DNA of 64,000 nucleotides from NCBI GenBank assembly GCA_964587655.1, contig CAZPMT010000007.1, positions 12,737-76,736 of the forward strand, written 5' to 3'. Within the stretch, counting starts at the first letter, position 1, and every line of letters starts with the position of its first letter. The position numbers and the translations under genes were made by a program. The DNA is from an uncultured Nitrospiraceae bacterium. Lineage in GTDB: Bacteria; Hydrogenedentota; Hydrogenedentia; Hydrogenedentales; SLHB01. Shown in pieces: positions 9,662 to 18,869 of this stretch. Under the pieces are notes generated by a model. The model was not told the DNA's origin, ran no database searches, and saw only the letters and a program-made list of their open reading frames with translations.

Positions 9662-10629
9662 GTGAAACAGCAGCCGTTATCGAACCGAAAGAGAAGTCCG
9701 GGAGCCGCCTCGAACGTATTCTGAACTCGGGCCAGTTCGCGGTGACCGGCGAGTTGGGTCCCCCGAAGAGCGCCGACGTCGAGATAATCAAGACGAAGGC
9801 GGGATACCTGAAGGGCATCGTGGATGCCGTCAATATCACGGACAACCAGACGGCCATCGTGCGCATGTCGTCGATTGCGGCGGGGCTGCTCGCGATGCAG
9901 CACGGGCTTGAACCGGTCATCCAGATTACCTGCCGGGATCGAAACCGGCTTGCCATGCAGAGCGACCTGCTCGGCGCGTACGCGCTGGGCCTCCGGAACG
10001 TGCTCTGCCTGAGCGGCGATCACCAACGGTTCGGCAATCATCCCACGGCGAAGAACGTGTACGACATCGATTCGATCCAGTTGTTGAGCATGGTCCGGAA
10101 GATGCGGGACGAGAAACAGTTCGCATGCGGCGATGAAATCCGCAACACGAAGAAATCGCCCATCGTGGAGCCGCGGATGTTCATCGGAGCGGCGGCGAAT
10201 CCCTTCGGCGATCCGTTTGCCTTCCGGGTCGTGCGGCTTGCCAAGAAGGTGAAAGCCGGGGCTGATTTCATTCAGACCCAGTGCATATACGACATGGATC
10301 GGTTCAAGAGATGGATGGAAGGCGTGCGGAATCGCGGCCTTCATGAACAGGTCTACATTCTTGCCGGCATCACGCCGTTGAAGTCGGTGAAGATGGCCGA
10401 GTACATGCGCGATGCGGTGGCGGGGCTTATCGTTCCCGACGACCTCATCAAGCGTCTACAGGACGCCAAGGACGCCAAGGAAGAAGGCGAGAAGATCGCC
10501 GTCGAGCAGATAAACGAAATCCGGGAGATGCCGGGGGTCAGCGGCGTTCACATCATGGCCATCGAGGCGGAACAAAGCGTTCCCGGACTGCTTGAAAAAG
10601 CCGGTCTGCTGCCGCGTCCCACTCTGTGA
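9658..10629 (+). CDS. metF: methylenetetrahydrofolate reductase
   Basis: 323 aa with MTHFR-family resemblance over the full length (VTGELGPPK..., ITDNQ..., CLSGD...). Translationally coupled to metV. Confidence 0.9.
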   Translation: MSETAAVIEPKEKSGSRLERILNSGQFAVTGELGPPKSADVEIIKTKAGYLKGIVDAVNITDNQTAIVRMSSIAAGLLAMQHGLEPVIQITCRDRNRLAMQSDLLGAYALGLRNVLCLSGDHQRFGNHPTAKNVYDIDSIQLLSMVRKMRDEKQFACGDEIRNTKKSPIVEPRMFIGAAANPFGDPFAFRVVRLAKKVKAGADFIQTQCIYDMDRFKRWMEGVRNRGLHEQVYILAGITPLKSVKMAEYMRDAVAGLIVPDDLIKRLQDAKDAKEEGEKIAVEQINEIREMPGVSGVHIMAIEAEQSVPGLLEKAGLLPRPTL

Positions 10630-10684
10630 GGGGCTGGATTTTCCGGCGCGGACTACTACGCTCATGGCGCCGGACCAAACCAAA

Positions 10685-10713
10685 TTGACTTTGCCCGTCC
10701 GAGGTGTTAACAT
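10685..10713 (+). promoter_or_regulatory. possible sigma70-type promoter upstream of hpf
   Basis: TTGACT, a 17-nt spacer, then TAACAT, about 45 nt upstream of the hpf ATG. Motif match only. Confidence 0.3.
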
Positions 10714-10758
10714 TCAAAGAAGGGTTCCCATATTCGAGCGACGGAGGTTCGGCAACGA

Positions 10759-11316
10759 ATGAATATCACAGTAACGGGTCGTCACATGGAGATGACCGAT
10801 GCGCTTAAGTTCTATGTTGAAGCCGGGTTGCAGAAGCTCCGCGTCCACTTCGACAAGGCGACGACTGCGGACGTGGTGCTCACGGTTGAGAAGCATCGGC
10901 ACATAGCGGAGATGAGTCTGCATGCGAACGGCATCCGGATACATGGAAGAGAAACATCTTCCGACATGTACGCGTCGGTAGATGCGGTTTTGGAAAAAAT
11001 CGATAAACAGGTGCGAAAACACAGGGAACGCATCAACAGCCATCAGCCCCGGACGGGCAAGGAAGCGCGGGATTTCCATCATCAAGTTATCGAGTATATT
11101 CCGGAACACGAAGAACAGCCCGCCTCGGAACCGACGCACCGTGTTGTCAGGCGTGAAAAGCTTACGATGAAGCCCATGTCCGTCGATGAGGCCCTTATGC
11201 AGTTCGATCTCATTGACGACAATTTCCTCGTCTTCTTCAATGCAGACACGCAGGAAGTGAACGTCATCTACGCCTTGGACGACGGGACGTACGGTCTCAT
11301 CGAACCGCAGTTCTAG
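10759..11316 (+). CDS. hpf: ribosome hibernation promoting factor (long form)
   Basis: 185 aa. N-terminal MNITVTGRHMEMTDALKFYV is typical of HPF/RaiA, and the C-terminal dimerisation extension is present. GGAGG RBS. Confidence 0.9.
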   Translation: MNITVTGRHMEMTDALKFYVEAGLQKLRVHFDKATTADVVLTVEKHRHIAEMSLHANGIRIHGRETSSDMYASVDAVLEKIDKQVRKHRERINSHQPRTGKEARDFHHQVIEYIPEHEEQPASEPTHRVVRREKLTMKPMSVDEALMQFDLIDDNFLVFFNADTQEVNVIYALDDGTYGLIEPQF

Positions 11317-11341
11317 CGTCGCGTCGCGCGCCGTTTGAACT

Positions 11342-11366
11342 CGTTCCCAAGTTGTACTTGGGAACG
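11342..11366 (+). other. perfect 10-bp stem / 5-nt loop hairpin between hpf and hprK
   Basis: CGTTCCCAAG-TTGTA-CTTGGGAACG lies 26 nt after the hpf stop. No U-tract follows. Confidence 0.5.
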
Positions 11367-11411
11367 AGGCGGCGGGGTGTTATACACCGCAAGAGGCGTA
11401 CGGAGGGCGAA

Positions 11412-12377
11412 GTGGATACCGCGAGTCTTCCGATTAACCGCAAGCGGAGCATTGCGGTGGCCCGGTTGTATGAGGCCTTGGCCGGCGCGTTGGATCTGGA
11501 AGTGTTGGCCGGTTTCCAGGGCTTGGGCCGTCCCGTGCCTATCTCCGACATCAATCGCCCCGGGCTCGCGTTGAGCGGCTACCTCGAGTATTTCGCGAAC
11601 GATCGGGTCCAGATCCTGGGCAATACGGAAATCCATTATCTCGAGACGCTGCCCGCATCGATGATTCAAACGCGGATGGAAGGCATGTTCTCGTTTGAGG
11701 TGCCCGTCTTTGTGCTTTCGCGGCGCCTGCAACCGCGCGATCTTCTGCTGGACATGTGCAACCGCCGCGGAATCCCGGTCCTCCGTTCGAGCAAGAGCAC
11801 CGACGAAGTGATCACGCGGATCATCCTTTTCCTCGCCGACGAGTTCTCTCCCGAGACGCAATTGCACGGGACCGCGCTTGACTGTTACGGCGTGGGTTGC
11901 GTGCTGGTCGGAGCGCCCGGCGTGGGCAAGAGCGAGACGGCCCTCGAACTGGTGGAACGCGGGCACCGGATCGTCGCGGACGATCTTGTCTCCCTACGGC
12001 GTAGCCGGGACGCGTACCTCTACGCCGAGACCAATCCGGTCACCGAACACCATATGGAGATCCGCGGCGTCGGCATCATCGACATCAAGAGCATCTTCGG
12101 CGTGGGGCGCGTGCGGAACTCGAAGCGGATCGGACTGATAATCGAGCTCGATGAATGGAAACAGCAGTCCGATTACGATCGCACCGGCCTCAAGGAGGAG
12201 TTCGTTGAGATACTTGGCGTGCCCGTGCCCTATCTTCTCATTCCCGTGCGTCCCGGACGGAACATCGCGATCATCGTCGAAGTCGCCGCGCTGAATTTCC
12301 GGCTCAAGGAACTCGGAGTGCATCCAGCGATCGAATTCAACAAGCGTCTCATGTCCCTCATGGATCATAATAGGTAG
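11412..12377 (+). CDS. hprK: HPr kinase/phosphorylase
   Basis: Walker A GAPGVGKSETALELVERGHRIVADD and an HprK C-terminal domain. GTG 11412 is preceded by GGAGG at 5-nt spacing and gives a family-typical 321 aa. The track ORF begins at TTG 11352. Confidence 0.9.
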   Translation: MDTASLPINRKRSIAVARLYEALAGALDLEVLAGFQGLGRPVPISDINRPGLALSGYLEYFANDRVQILGNTEIHYLETLPASMIQTRMEGMFSFEVPVFVLSRRLQPRDLLLDMCNRRGIPVLRSSKSTDEVITRIILFLADEFSPETQLHGTALDCYGVGCVLVGAPGVGKSETALELVERGHRIVADDLVSLRRSRDAYLYAETNPVTEHHMEIRGVGIIDIKSIFGVGRVRNSKRIGLIIELDEWKQQSDYDRTGLKEEFVEILGVPVPYLLIPVRPGRNIAIIVEVAALNFRLKELGVHPAIEFNKRLMSLMDHNR

Positions 12378-12490
12378 TCGAGCACGCTTGAAATCTTCAG
12401 CGCGCCGCCGGGACCGAAAAAACAACAGACCGCACAGGAAGTGCTTCTGGGCATGGAGAGAGCAGGAAGGATAAGCAGGAAGCACAAGAA

Positions 12491-13381
12491 ATGAAGATCA
12501 GACCCGAAGACATCGAATTCGTGGACAAGGCGCAATCCTTCACCTCACGCGTTGGAACGGATGCGGTACTTCTGCTTGTTGGTAGCCGTGCCGCCGGGTT
12601 TGACGATTCGTGGTCGGACTTGGATATGTGGGTGGTCGGGGACAAGACGCGACTCTCCTCTGATGAGCTTGACACATACGAAAAGAACAAGGAACTTTTC
12701 ATTGACCGAGGAGACTACGAAGCACATTGGTCGTTCTTTGATGAGGACGACCTGCTGTCCATCCTGCGGGATTACCCAGATGAAAAGATGTGGGTACTGC
12801 TTACAGCCAAGGTGCTATTCGGAAATCAAGATACGGCAACGAGGCTGCAGCGACAGTTCCGGCAGTATCCCAACGAGATAGTTGAGCAAAAGCTGAAGTG
12901 GCACTTCGGCCACTATTGGCGTTACCTTGGACCATTGAACGCCGCCGCCCGAGGAATGCCTGAGACGGGGTTCCTCATGGTGGGAATGGTGATAGAGCAT
13001 CTCAGCAAACTCTGCTGTCTTGCGGAATCGAAGCCATTTCCGTATGCCAAGTGGCTTTTCCCGGCTGCGCAAGACACGACGCTCGGGCGCAGAGTCGGCC
13101 CCTTCATGTCGCGAGCGGTATTCGGAATTGACGAATTCCTGCACCCACCTCAGGGCAAGCACTACAAGGAACTTCTACCATTGAAGGAATTGAGAGACAC
13201 GAAGGACATTGTCCTTGCCACCCTAAAGGAGTTGGGATGGTCCTGCTCGTGGCTCGTAAACACCGAGGAGGCGGTTGCGGAAACAATGAAAGAGCACAAC
13301 ACAAGGAAACGCCGAGTCGTCGTGGGATCGAATCACGGCCATTCGGGGACATCTCCGCAACCGCCAAAGGAAACGCCATGA
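12491..13381 (+). CDS. nucleotidyltransferase-domain protein (DUF4037-like)
   Basis: 296 aa with the pol-beta-type NTase motif GSRAAGFDDSWSDLDMWVV. Visibly lower G+C than its neighbours. The stop overlaps the next start (ATGA). Confidence 0.55.
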   Translation: MKIRPEDIEFVDKAQSFTSRVGTDAVLLLVGSRAAGFDDSWSDLDMWVVGDKTRLSSDELDTYEKNKELFIDRGDYEAHWSFFDEDDLLSILRDYPDEKMWVLLTAKVLFGNQDTATRLQRQFRQYPNEIVEQKLKWHFGHYWRYLGPLNAAARGMPETGFLMVGMVIEHLSKLCCLAESKPFPYAKWLFPAAQDTTLGRRVGPFMSRAVFGIDEFLHPPQGKHYKELLPLKELRDTKDIVLATLKELGWSCSWLVNTEEAVAETMKEHNTRKRRVVVGSNHGHSGTSPQPPKETP

Positions 13382-15507
13382 AAAGCATTAACCTTATCTT
13401 CGGGTGTCATTCACATCAGCCCGTGGGAAACTTCGAGGACGTGTTCGCAATGGCCTATGAACAGGCCTACCTCCCCTTCGTCGAGGTCCTGGAGAAGTTT
13501 CCCGCCGTCAAAGTGACCCATCACTTCACCGGGCCGTTGTTTGACTGGTTCGAGGCGAATCGGCCCGAGTTTATCGAGAGGCTTGCGGCGCTCGTGCGTG
13601 CGGGCCGCGTCGAGATAATGGGCGGCGGATATTATGAGCCGCTCTTGTGCGCCGTGCCGGAGCGTGACAGCATCGCGCAGATCCGGCGCATGGGCGCGTT
13701 CTGCGAAGAGCACTTCGGTTTCGCGCCGAAGGGGATGTGGCTGGCCGAGCGCGTCTGGGAGCCGCATATGCCGCGCATAATGAGGAAGGCCGGCATCGAA
13801 TACACAGCCGTCGACGATACGCACTTCCTGTGCGCAGGGCTGACGCCGGAACAACTCTTCGGGTATTACATCACGGAGGACGAAGGCCATGCCATCAAGG
13901 TGTTCCCGATTCTCGAGAGGCTGCGCTATCTGATCCCGTTCCACCAGGTCGTCGAATCGATCGATTTTCTGCGTGAACACGCTTCCGAAGACGGGCTGCG
14001 GTGTGCGGTGATTCATGATGACGGCGAGAAATTCGGCGTCTGGCCTGAGACGCACATGAGCGTGTACGGCGAAGGCTGGCTTGAGGAGTTCTTTCAGGCC
14101 CTGACGGACAACAAGGACTGGCTGCACTGCATGACGTATTCGGAATACATCGAGAAGACCTCCGCGCTGGGCCGCGCGTATCTGCCGACGGCTTCCTACG
14201 AGGAGATGATGGCTTGGGCGTTGCCGACGCCCATGCATCGCCGTTTGAAGCGCGTGCTGAAACAGATCGAGGAGAACCCGGAGCGCGCGGCGGAGCAGAA
14301 GCTGTTCGTGCGTGGCGGTTTTTGGCGCAGTTTTCTGGCGAAGTACGCCGAATCGAACAATGTTCAGAAACGGATGTTGCGCGTGAGTGAGCGCCTCGAG
14401 AAGCTTCAACGCAAGAAGGATCCCCGCCTGGCCGAGGCGGAACGGCTGCTTCATCAGGGGCAGTGCAATTGCGCGTACTGGCACGGCGTCTTCGGCGGGC
14501 TGTACCTGAACCATCTGCGCACGGCGCTGTATGAAAAACTGATCGAGGCGGACCGCATCCTGGACGCGGTGAGTCACAAGACCGACAACTGGGTGTCTTG
14601 CGAGCGTGTGGATTTCGATGCGGACGGGAACGACGAGGCCATACTCGAGAATTCGCGGCTGTTTCTTGCGTTCAGCCCGGCGGACGGGGGCACGTTGTTC
14701 GAGTGGGACTTCAAGGACAAGCCGTTCAATTTCGGCAACACGTTGACGCGACGTGAGGAGGTGTATCACGACCTGCTCCGTGAGCGGCAGGTCCAAGTGG
14801 GGGGATCCGGAAAGGGCGATCAGAGCATCCATGAGCTTGTTCGCGCGAAAGAGGCGGGCCTGGACTCGTACCTCGTGTACGACCCATACCGGCGCGTCTC
14901 GCTCCGCGATCATTTCCTGCCGGAGAACGTCACGCCGCAGCAACTCTGGGCTGGGGGCTATCAGGAGCTTGGGGATTTCACCAATGGGGGCTACGTCCTG
15001 GAAGCGTCAAAAGACCGGGTGTGTCTTACACGTGAAGGAACGGTGTGGACCGGGGACTTGTATCCGGTGCGTCTTTGCAAGACCATCCTGCTGCGTCCGC
15101 GTGCATCCTCATTCGAGATCCGGTATGATATCTCACAGCACGGTGTGCAGCCGCTCTGCTTGTTGTTCGGCGTCGAGTTCGCGGTGAACATGCTGAGCGG
15201 CTCATCGTTCGACCGGTATTACCGTTCCGACGACCGCGATCTGCACTACACGAAACTCGGCGAGATGGGGTGTGACGCGGATCTCACGCACATCGCGTTG
15301 CGCGACGACTGGCAACGGCTCGAATGCGGATTGCGCCTGGATGCGCCGGCCAGGATATTCCGGTTCGGGATCGAAACGGTGAGCCAGTCGGAGAACGGCC
15401 AGGAAAGAGTGTATCAGGGAAGTATCGTCATCCCTTGTTGGACAATAACCTGCGCTCCCGGCGAGACGGTCACGCGGACGCTCGTGGCTGAGGCGTCCGT
15501 CTTCTGA
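13378..15507 (+). CDS. GH57-family alpha-glucan enzyme (alpha-amylase/4-alpha-glucanotransferase type with C-terminal DUF1926-like region)
   Basis: Internal ATG 13378 gives MKSINLIFGCHSHQPVGNF..., the classic GH57 N-terminus, and later WLAERVWEP. 709 aa. Confidence 0.85.
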   Translation: MKSINLIFGCHSHQPVGNFEDVFAMAYEQAYLPFVEVLEKFPAVKVTHHFTGPLFDWFEANRPEFIERLAALVRAGRVEIMGGGYYEPLLCAVPERDSIAQIRRMGAFCEEHFGFAPKGMWLAERVWEPHMPRIMRKAGIEYTAVDDTHFLCAGLTPEQLFGYYITEDEGHAIKVFPILERLRYLIPFHQVVESIDFLREHASEDGLRCAVIHDDGEKFGVWPETHMSVYGEGWLEEFFQALTDNKDWLHCMTYSEYIEKTSALGRAYLPTASYEEMMAWALPTPMHRRLKRVLKQIEENPERAAEQKLFVRGGFWRSFLAKYAESNNVQKRMLRVSERLEKLQRKKDPRLAEAERLLHQGQCNCAYWHGVFGGLYLNHLRTALYEKLIEADRILDAVSHKTDNWVSCERVDFDADGNDEAILENSRLFLAFSPADGGTLFEWDFKDKPFNFGNTLTRREEVYHDLLRERQVQVGGSGKGDQSIHELVRAKEAGLDSYLVYDPYRRVSLRDHFLPENVTPQQLWAGGYQELGDFTNGGYVLEASKDRVCLTREGTVWTGDLYPVRLCKTILLRPRASSFEIRYDISQHGVQPLCLLFGVEFAVNMLSGSSFDRYYRSDDRDLHYTKLGEMGCDADLTHIALRDDWQRLECGLRLDAPARIFRFGIETVSQSENGQERVYQGSIVIPCWTITCAPGETVTRTLVAEASVF

Positions 15508-15531
15508 TCGCGGGAGCCGCCATGAGAGTTT

Positions 15532-15816
15532 ATGGAAGAATTATCGGAACAAATGGTCGTTGTAAATCCGATGGGGATGCATGCGCGCCCGGCGGCGAAG
15601 CTGGTTCAAACCGTATTGCAGTTCGCCAGCGAGGTCTACATCCAGCATAACAGTCATCGGGTGAACGCCAAGAGCATCATGGGATTGCTGACGCTTGCCG
15701 CGGCTCAAGGCAGCCGCTTGACCGTAACGTGCAAGGGACCCGATGCCCAGGCCGCGTTGGACGCTGTGCGCAAGTTGTTTGCATCGGGATTCGGCGATGA
15801 CTTTCAGTCGAACTGA
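15532..15816 (+). CDS. ptsH: phosphocarrier protein HPr
   Basis: 94 aa with the active-site context NPMGMHARPAAKLV and a Ser-region KSIMGLLTL. Confidence 0.9.
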   Translation: MEELSEQMVVVNPMGMHARPAAKLVQTVLQFASEVYIQHNSHRVNAKSIMGLLTLAAAQGSRLTVTCKGPDAQAALDAVRKLFASGFGDDFQSN

Positions 15817-15898
15817 TGGTTGACGCAGCCCGGGTGTGTCTCCTCGCGCGGCTGGCCGCGCGTTAGCTGGCCCTAGGCTCTGAATCGGAGAGAAGACA

Positions 15899-17689
15899 GT
15901 GGAGATTGCGTTGCGGGGAATCGGCGTATCGCCGGGCATCGGCATCGGCCCCGCACTTGCCTTCGACGTCCGTCCGTTGGATATTCCACGGCGCCTGGTG
16001 GAGGACAAGGCCGCTGAACTGGCCCGGTTCGACGCGGCCGTGGACGGCGTGCGGAAGGATCTGAAACGCCTGCATCATCAGACCGCCAAGGCGCTCGGGA
16101 ACCGGCATGCTGACATTTTCAAAGCGCACCTGCTGCTCCTGGACGACATCGCAATGCGCGAGGACATCGAGGGGCGGCTGATCAAAGAGGGGTACAACGT
16201 CGAATATCTGCTCGACGACCTTGTTGCACGCTACACGAAGCTCCTGAAGACCCTCCCGGACCCGCGATTCCGCGAGCGCACGATCGATCTTGTGGACGTG
16301 GGTACGCGGATCCTCAGCAAGCTTATGAATACCGAGCGCGTCGGCCTGGAACACATCGACACGCCGAGCATAGTGGTCGCTCACGATCTGTCCCCGTCCG
16401 ATACGGCCAATATCGACGTGGAAAACGCGCTCGGGATCGCCACGGACGTGGGAGGGCCCACCTCGCACACGGCGATTCTCGCGCGCGCCTTGCAGATTCC
16501 CGCGGTGGTGGGTCTGAAGTACGTGGGCACGCACGTGAAACCCGGCGACCAGCTCATCGTCGATGGGACGAAGGGCTACGTCTTTATCCGTCCGGACGCT
16601 CGCACGGTGGCGGAGTACGTCGCCGAGAGAGAGCGTATGGACCGCGAGCGCATGGCCCTCCTCGATTACGAAAAGGCCCGCGGCAGCAAGACGCTCGACG
16701 GACATGAGGTGCCGTTGCTCGCAAACATCGAGTTGCCCGTCGAGGTCGCGTCGAGTCTAAAGGCCCGCGCACGCGGCGTGGGCCTGTACAGAACCGAATA
16801 TCTGTTCCTGAATCGCGGGAGCCTGCCGAGTGAAGAGGAACAATACCAGGCGTACTCGCAGGTCGCGGCCGCGCTGAAGCCTTGGCCTGTTACGCTGCGC
16901 ACGTTGGACCTCGGCGGTGACAAGTTCGTCTCGCACCTCCAAATCGCGGAGGAGATCAACCCGCAGTTGGGCTGGCGTGCGATACGTTTCTGTCTGGAAC
17001 GCCCGGATATCTTCAAGGCGCAGCTTCGCGCGATGCTGCGCGCCAGCGTGCACGGACACATCCAGATCATGTTCCCGTTGATAAGCGGGCCGGAAGAACT
17101 GCGGCGCGTGCGCGCCGTCTTGGATGAAGTGTGCGTGGACCTCGAACGGCGCAGCGTCCCATTCAAGAAGAACATCAAGGTCGGGTCGATGATTGAAGTG
17201 CCGTCGGCTGTGGTCGTCGCGGATATTCTGGCGAAGGAATGCGACTTTTTCAGCATCGGGACGAACGACTTGATCCAGTATTCGCTGGCGGTGGATCGCG
17301 TGAATGAGAAAATTGCGCACATGTACGAGCCCGCGCATCCGGCCATTCTGCGGATGATACGCCACACGATCCGCGCGGCCAAAGCGGCGAACATCCCTTG
17401 CGGCATCTGCGGCGAGATGGCGGGCGATCCGTTGTTCACGGAACTGTTGATAGGACTCGGGATCGACTCGCTGAGCATGTCGTCGGTGGCGATTCCCACG
17501 GTGCACGCGGAGATCGTTAGGGCGCGGCTCTCGACGGCCAAACGGTTCGCGGGCCGCGTGCTTTCCGCCACCATGGTGGCGGAAGTGCGGGCGTTGCTGG
17601 AACAGCGATACAAGCGCAAGAGCGCGCTCCAGCGCTATCTTTCACAGTTCAAGCCGGGCCGCGCGGAATCGCCCGATCCCAAGGAGTGA
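15899..17689 (+). CDS. ptsI: phosphoenolpyruvate--protein phosphotransferase (Enzyme I)
   Basis: 596 aa with a GTG start. Contains GGPTSHTAILARAL (active-site His region), FFSIGTNDLIQY and CGEMAGDP motifs. Confidence 0.95.
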   Translation: MEIALRGIGVSPGIGIGPALAFDVRPLDIPRRLVEDKAAELARFDAAVDGVRKDLKRLHHQTAKALGNRHADIFKAHLLLLDDIAMREDIEGRLIKEGYNVEYLLDDLVARYTKLLKTLPDPRFRERTIDLVDVGTRILSKLMNTERVGLEHIDTPSIVVAHDLSPSDTANIDVENALGIATDVGGPTSHTAILARALQIPAVVGLKYVGTHVKPGDQLIVDGTKGYVFIRPDARTVAEYVAERERMDRERMALLDYEKARGSKTLDGHEVPLLANIELPVEVASSLKARARGVGLYRTEYLFLNRGSLPSEEEQYQAYSQVAAALKPWPVTLRTLDLGGDKFVSHLQIAEEINPQLGWRAIRFCLERPDIFKAQLRAMLRASVHGHIQIMFPLISGPEELRRVRAVLDEVCVDLERRSVPFKKNIKVGSMIEVPSAVVVADILAKECDFFSIGTNDLIQYSLAVDRVNEKIAHMYEPAHPAILRMIRHTIRAAKAANIPCGICGEMAGDPLFTELLIGLGIDSLSMSSVAIPTVHAEIVRARLSTAKRFAGRVLSATMVAEVRALLEQRYKRKSALQRYLSQFKPGRAESPDPKE

Positions 17690-17693
17690 ATGG

Positions 17694-18851
17694 GTGGCGC
17701 CGAGACGAATCTGCATTCTGGGCTCCACGGGATCGATTGGGCGCAGCGCACTCGATGTGGTGCGTCACTACCGGGATCTCTTTGAAGTCGTCGGACTCGG
17801 CGCCCATTCGAACGTCGATCTTCTTGCCGCGCAGATTGCGGAATTCCATCCCACTTACGTTGCCGTGGCCGATGAGGCCGCCGGGGCGCGCCTGGGCGCC
17901 GTGGGGCCGGGCGTGAGGTTGTGGACCGGCGGCGGCGCGCTCGACAGGCTTGCGGGGGTCCACGTGGACGTGACCTTGTGCGCGATGGTGGGGGCCGCGG
18001 GGTTGAGTCCGGTGCTGCGGGCCATCGATGCGGGGAACCGCATCGCCCTGGCTAACAAGGAGCCCATGGTGATGGCGGGGCCGCTTATCATGGAGCATGC
18101 CAAGGTCCGCGGCGTCGAGATCCTTCCCGTGGACAGCGAGCACAACGCGGTGTTTCAATGTCTGCACGGGCATCGCATCGGCGACGTGCGTTGCGTACAC
18201 CTCACCGCGTCGGGCGGCCCCTTCTACGGACGTTCCCGTGAGAGTCTGCGGGACGTGACGCCGGAAGAGGCCGTGCAGCACCCGACCTGGGACATGGGCG
18301 CCAAGATAAGCGTGGATTCGGCCACGCTGATGAACAAGGGACTCGAGGTGATCGAGGCCATGGCGCTGTTCGGGCTGCCCTTGTCGAAAATTGAAGTGGT
18401 GATTCATCCCCAGAGCATCGTCCACAGCCTCGTCGAGTTCAACGATGGAAGCATCCTCGGGCACCTGGGCGTGACGGACATGCGGTTTCCGATCTTATTC
18501 GCACTGACGTGGCCGGAACGTGTACAATACCCAATGAACCGGTTGAGCCTGACCGCCATGCGCGAGCTGACGTTTCGGGCGCCGGATTTCACCGAGTTCC
18601 CATGCTTGGCGCATGCCCTGCGCGCCGCGGAGACCGCCGGCACGGCCCCGGCGGCGCTGAGCGCCGCGAACGAAGTAGCCGTGAACGCGTTCTGCCAACA
18701 CCAAATCAGGTTTCTTGATATCGAGGAAGTGGTGCGAAGAACGCTGGACGCGGCGGATATTTGCAAGGACATGACGTTGGAGTCCGTGCTCGAGGCGGAT
18801 CGCGCCGCACGTGAGGCGGCACTTGAGATTGTCCGGCTGCTTGGAAGGTAA
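17694..18851 (+). CDS. dxr: 1-deoxy-D-xylulose 5-phosphate reductoisomerase
   Basis: 385 aa with ILGSTGSIGRSALDV, LANKE, VDSEHNA and HPTWDMG motifs. AAGGAG RBS lies 7 nt before GTG 17694. Confidence 0.95.
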   Translation: MAPRRICILGSTGSIGRSALDVVRHYRDLFEVVGLGAHSNVDLLAAQIAEFHPTYVAVADEAAGARLGAVGPGVRLWTGGGALDRLAGVHVDVTLCAMVGAAGLSPVLRAIDAGNRIALANKEPMVMAGPLIMEHAKVRGVEILPVDSEHNAVFQCLHGHRIGDVRCVHLTASGGPFYGRSRESLRDVTPEEAVQHPTWDMGAKISVDSATLMNKGLEVIEAMALFGLPLSKIEVVIHPQSIVHSLVEFNDGSILGHLGVTDMRFPILFALTWPERVQYPMNRLSLTAMRELTFRAPDFTEFPCLAHALRAAETAGTAPAALSAANEVAVNAFCQHQIRFLDIEEVVRRTLDAADICKDMTLESVLEADRAAREAALEIVRLLGR

Positions 18852-18869
18852 GAAACAAAGGCTGACTAA

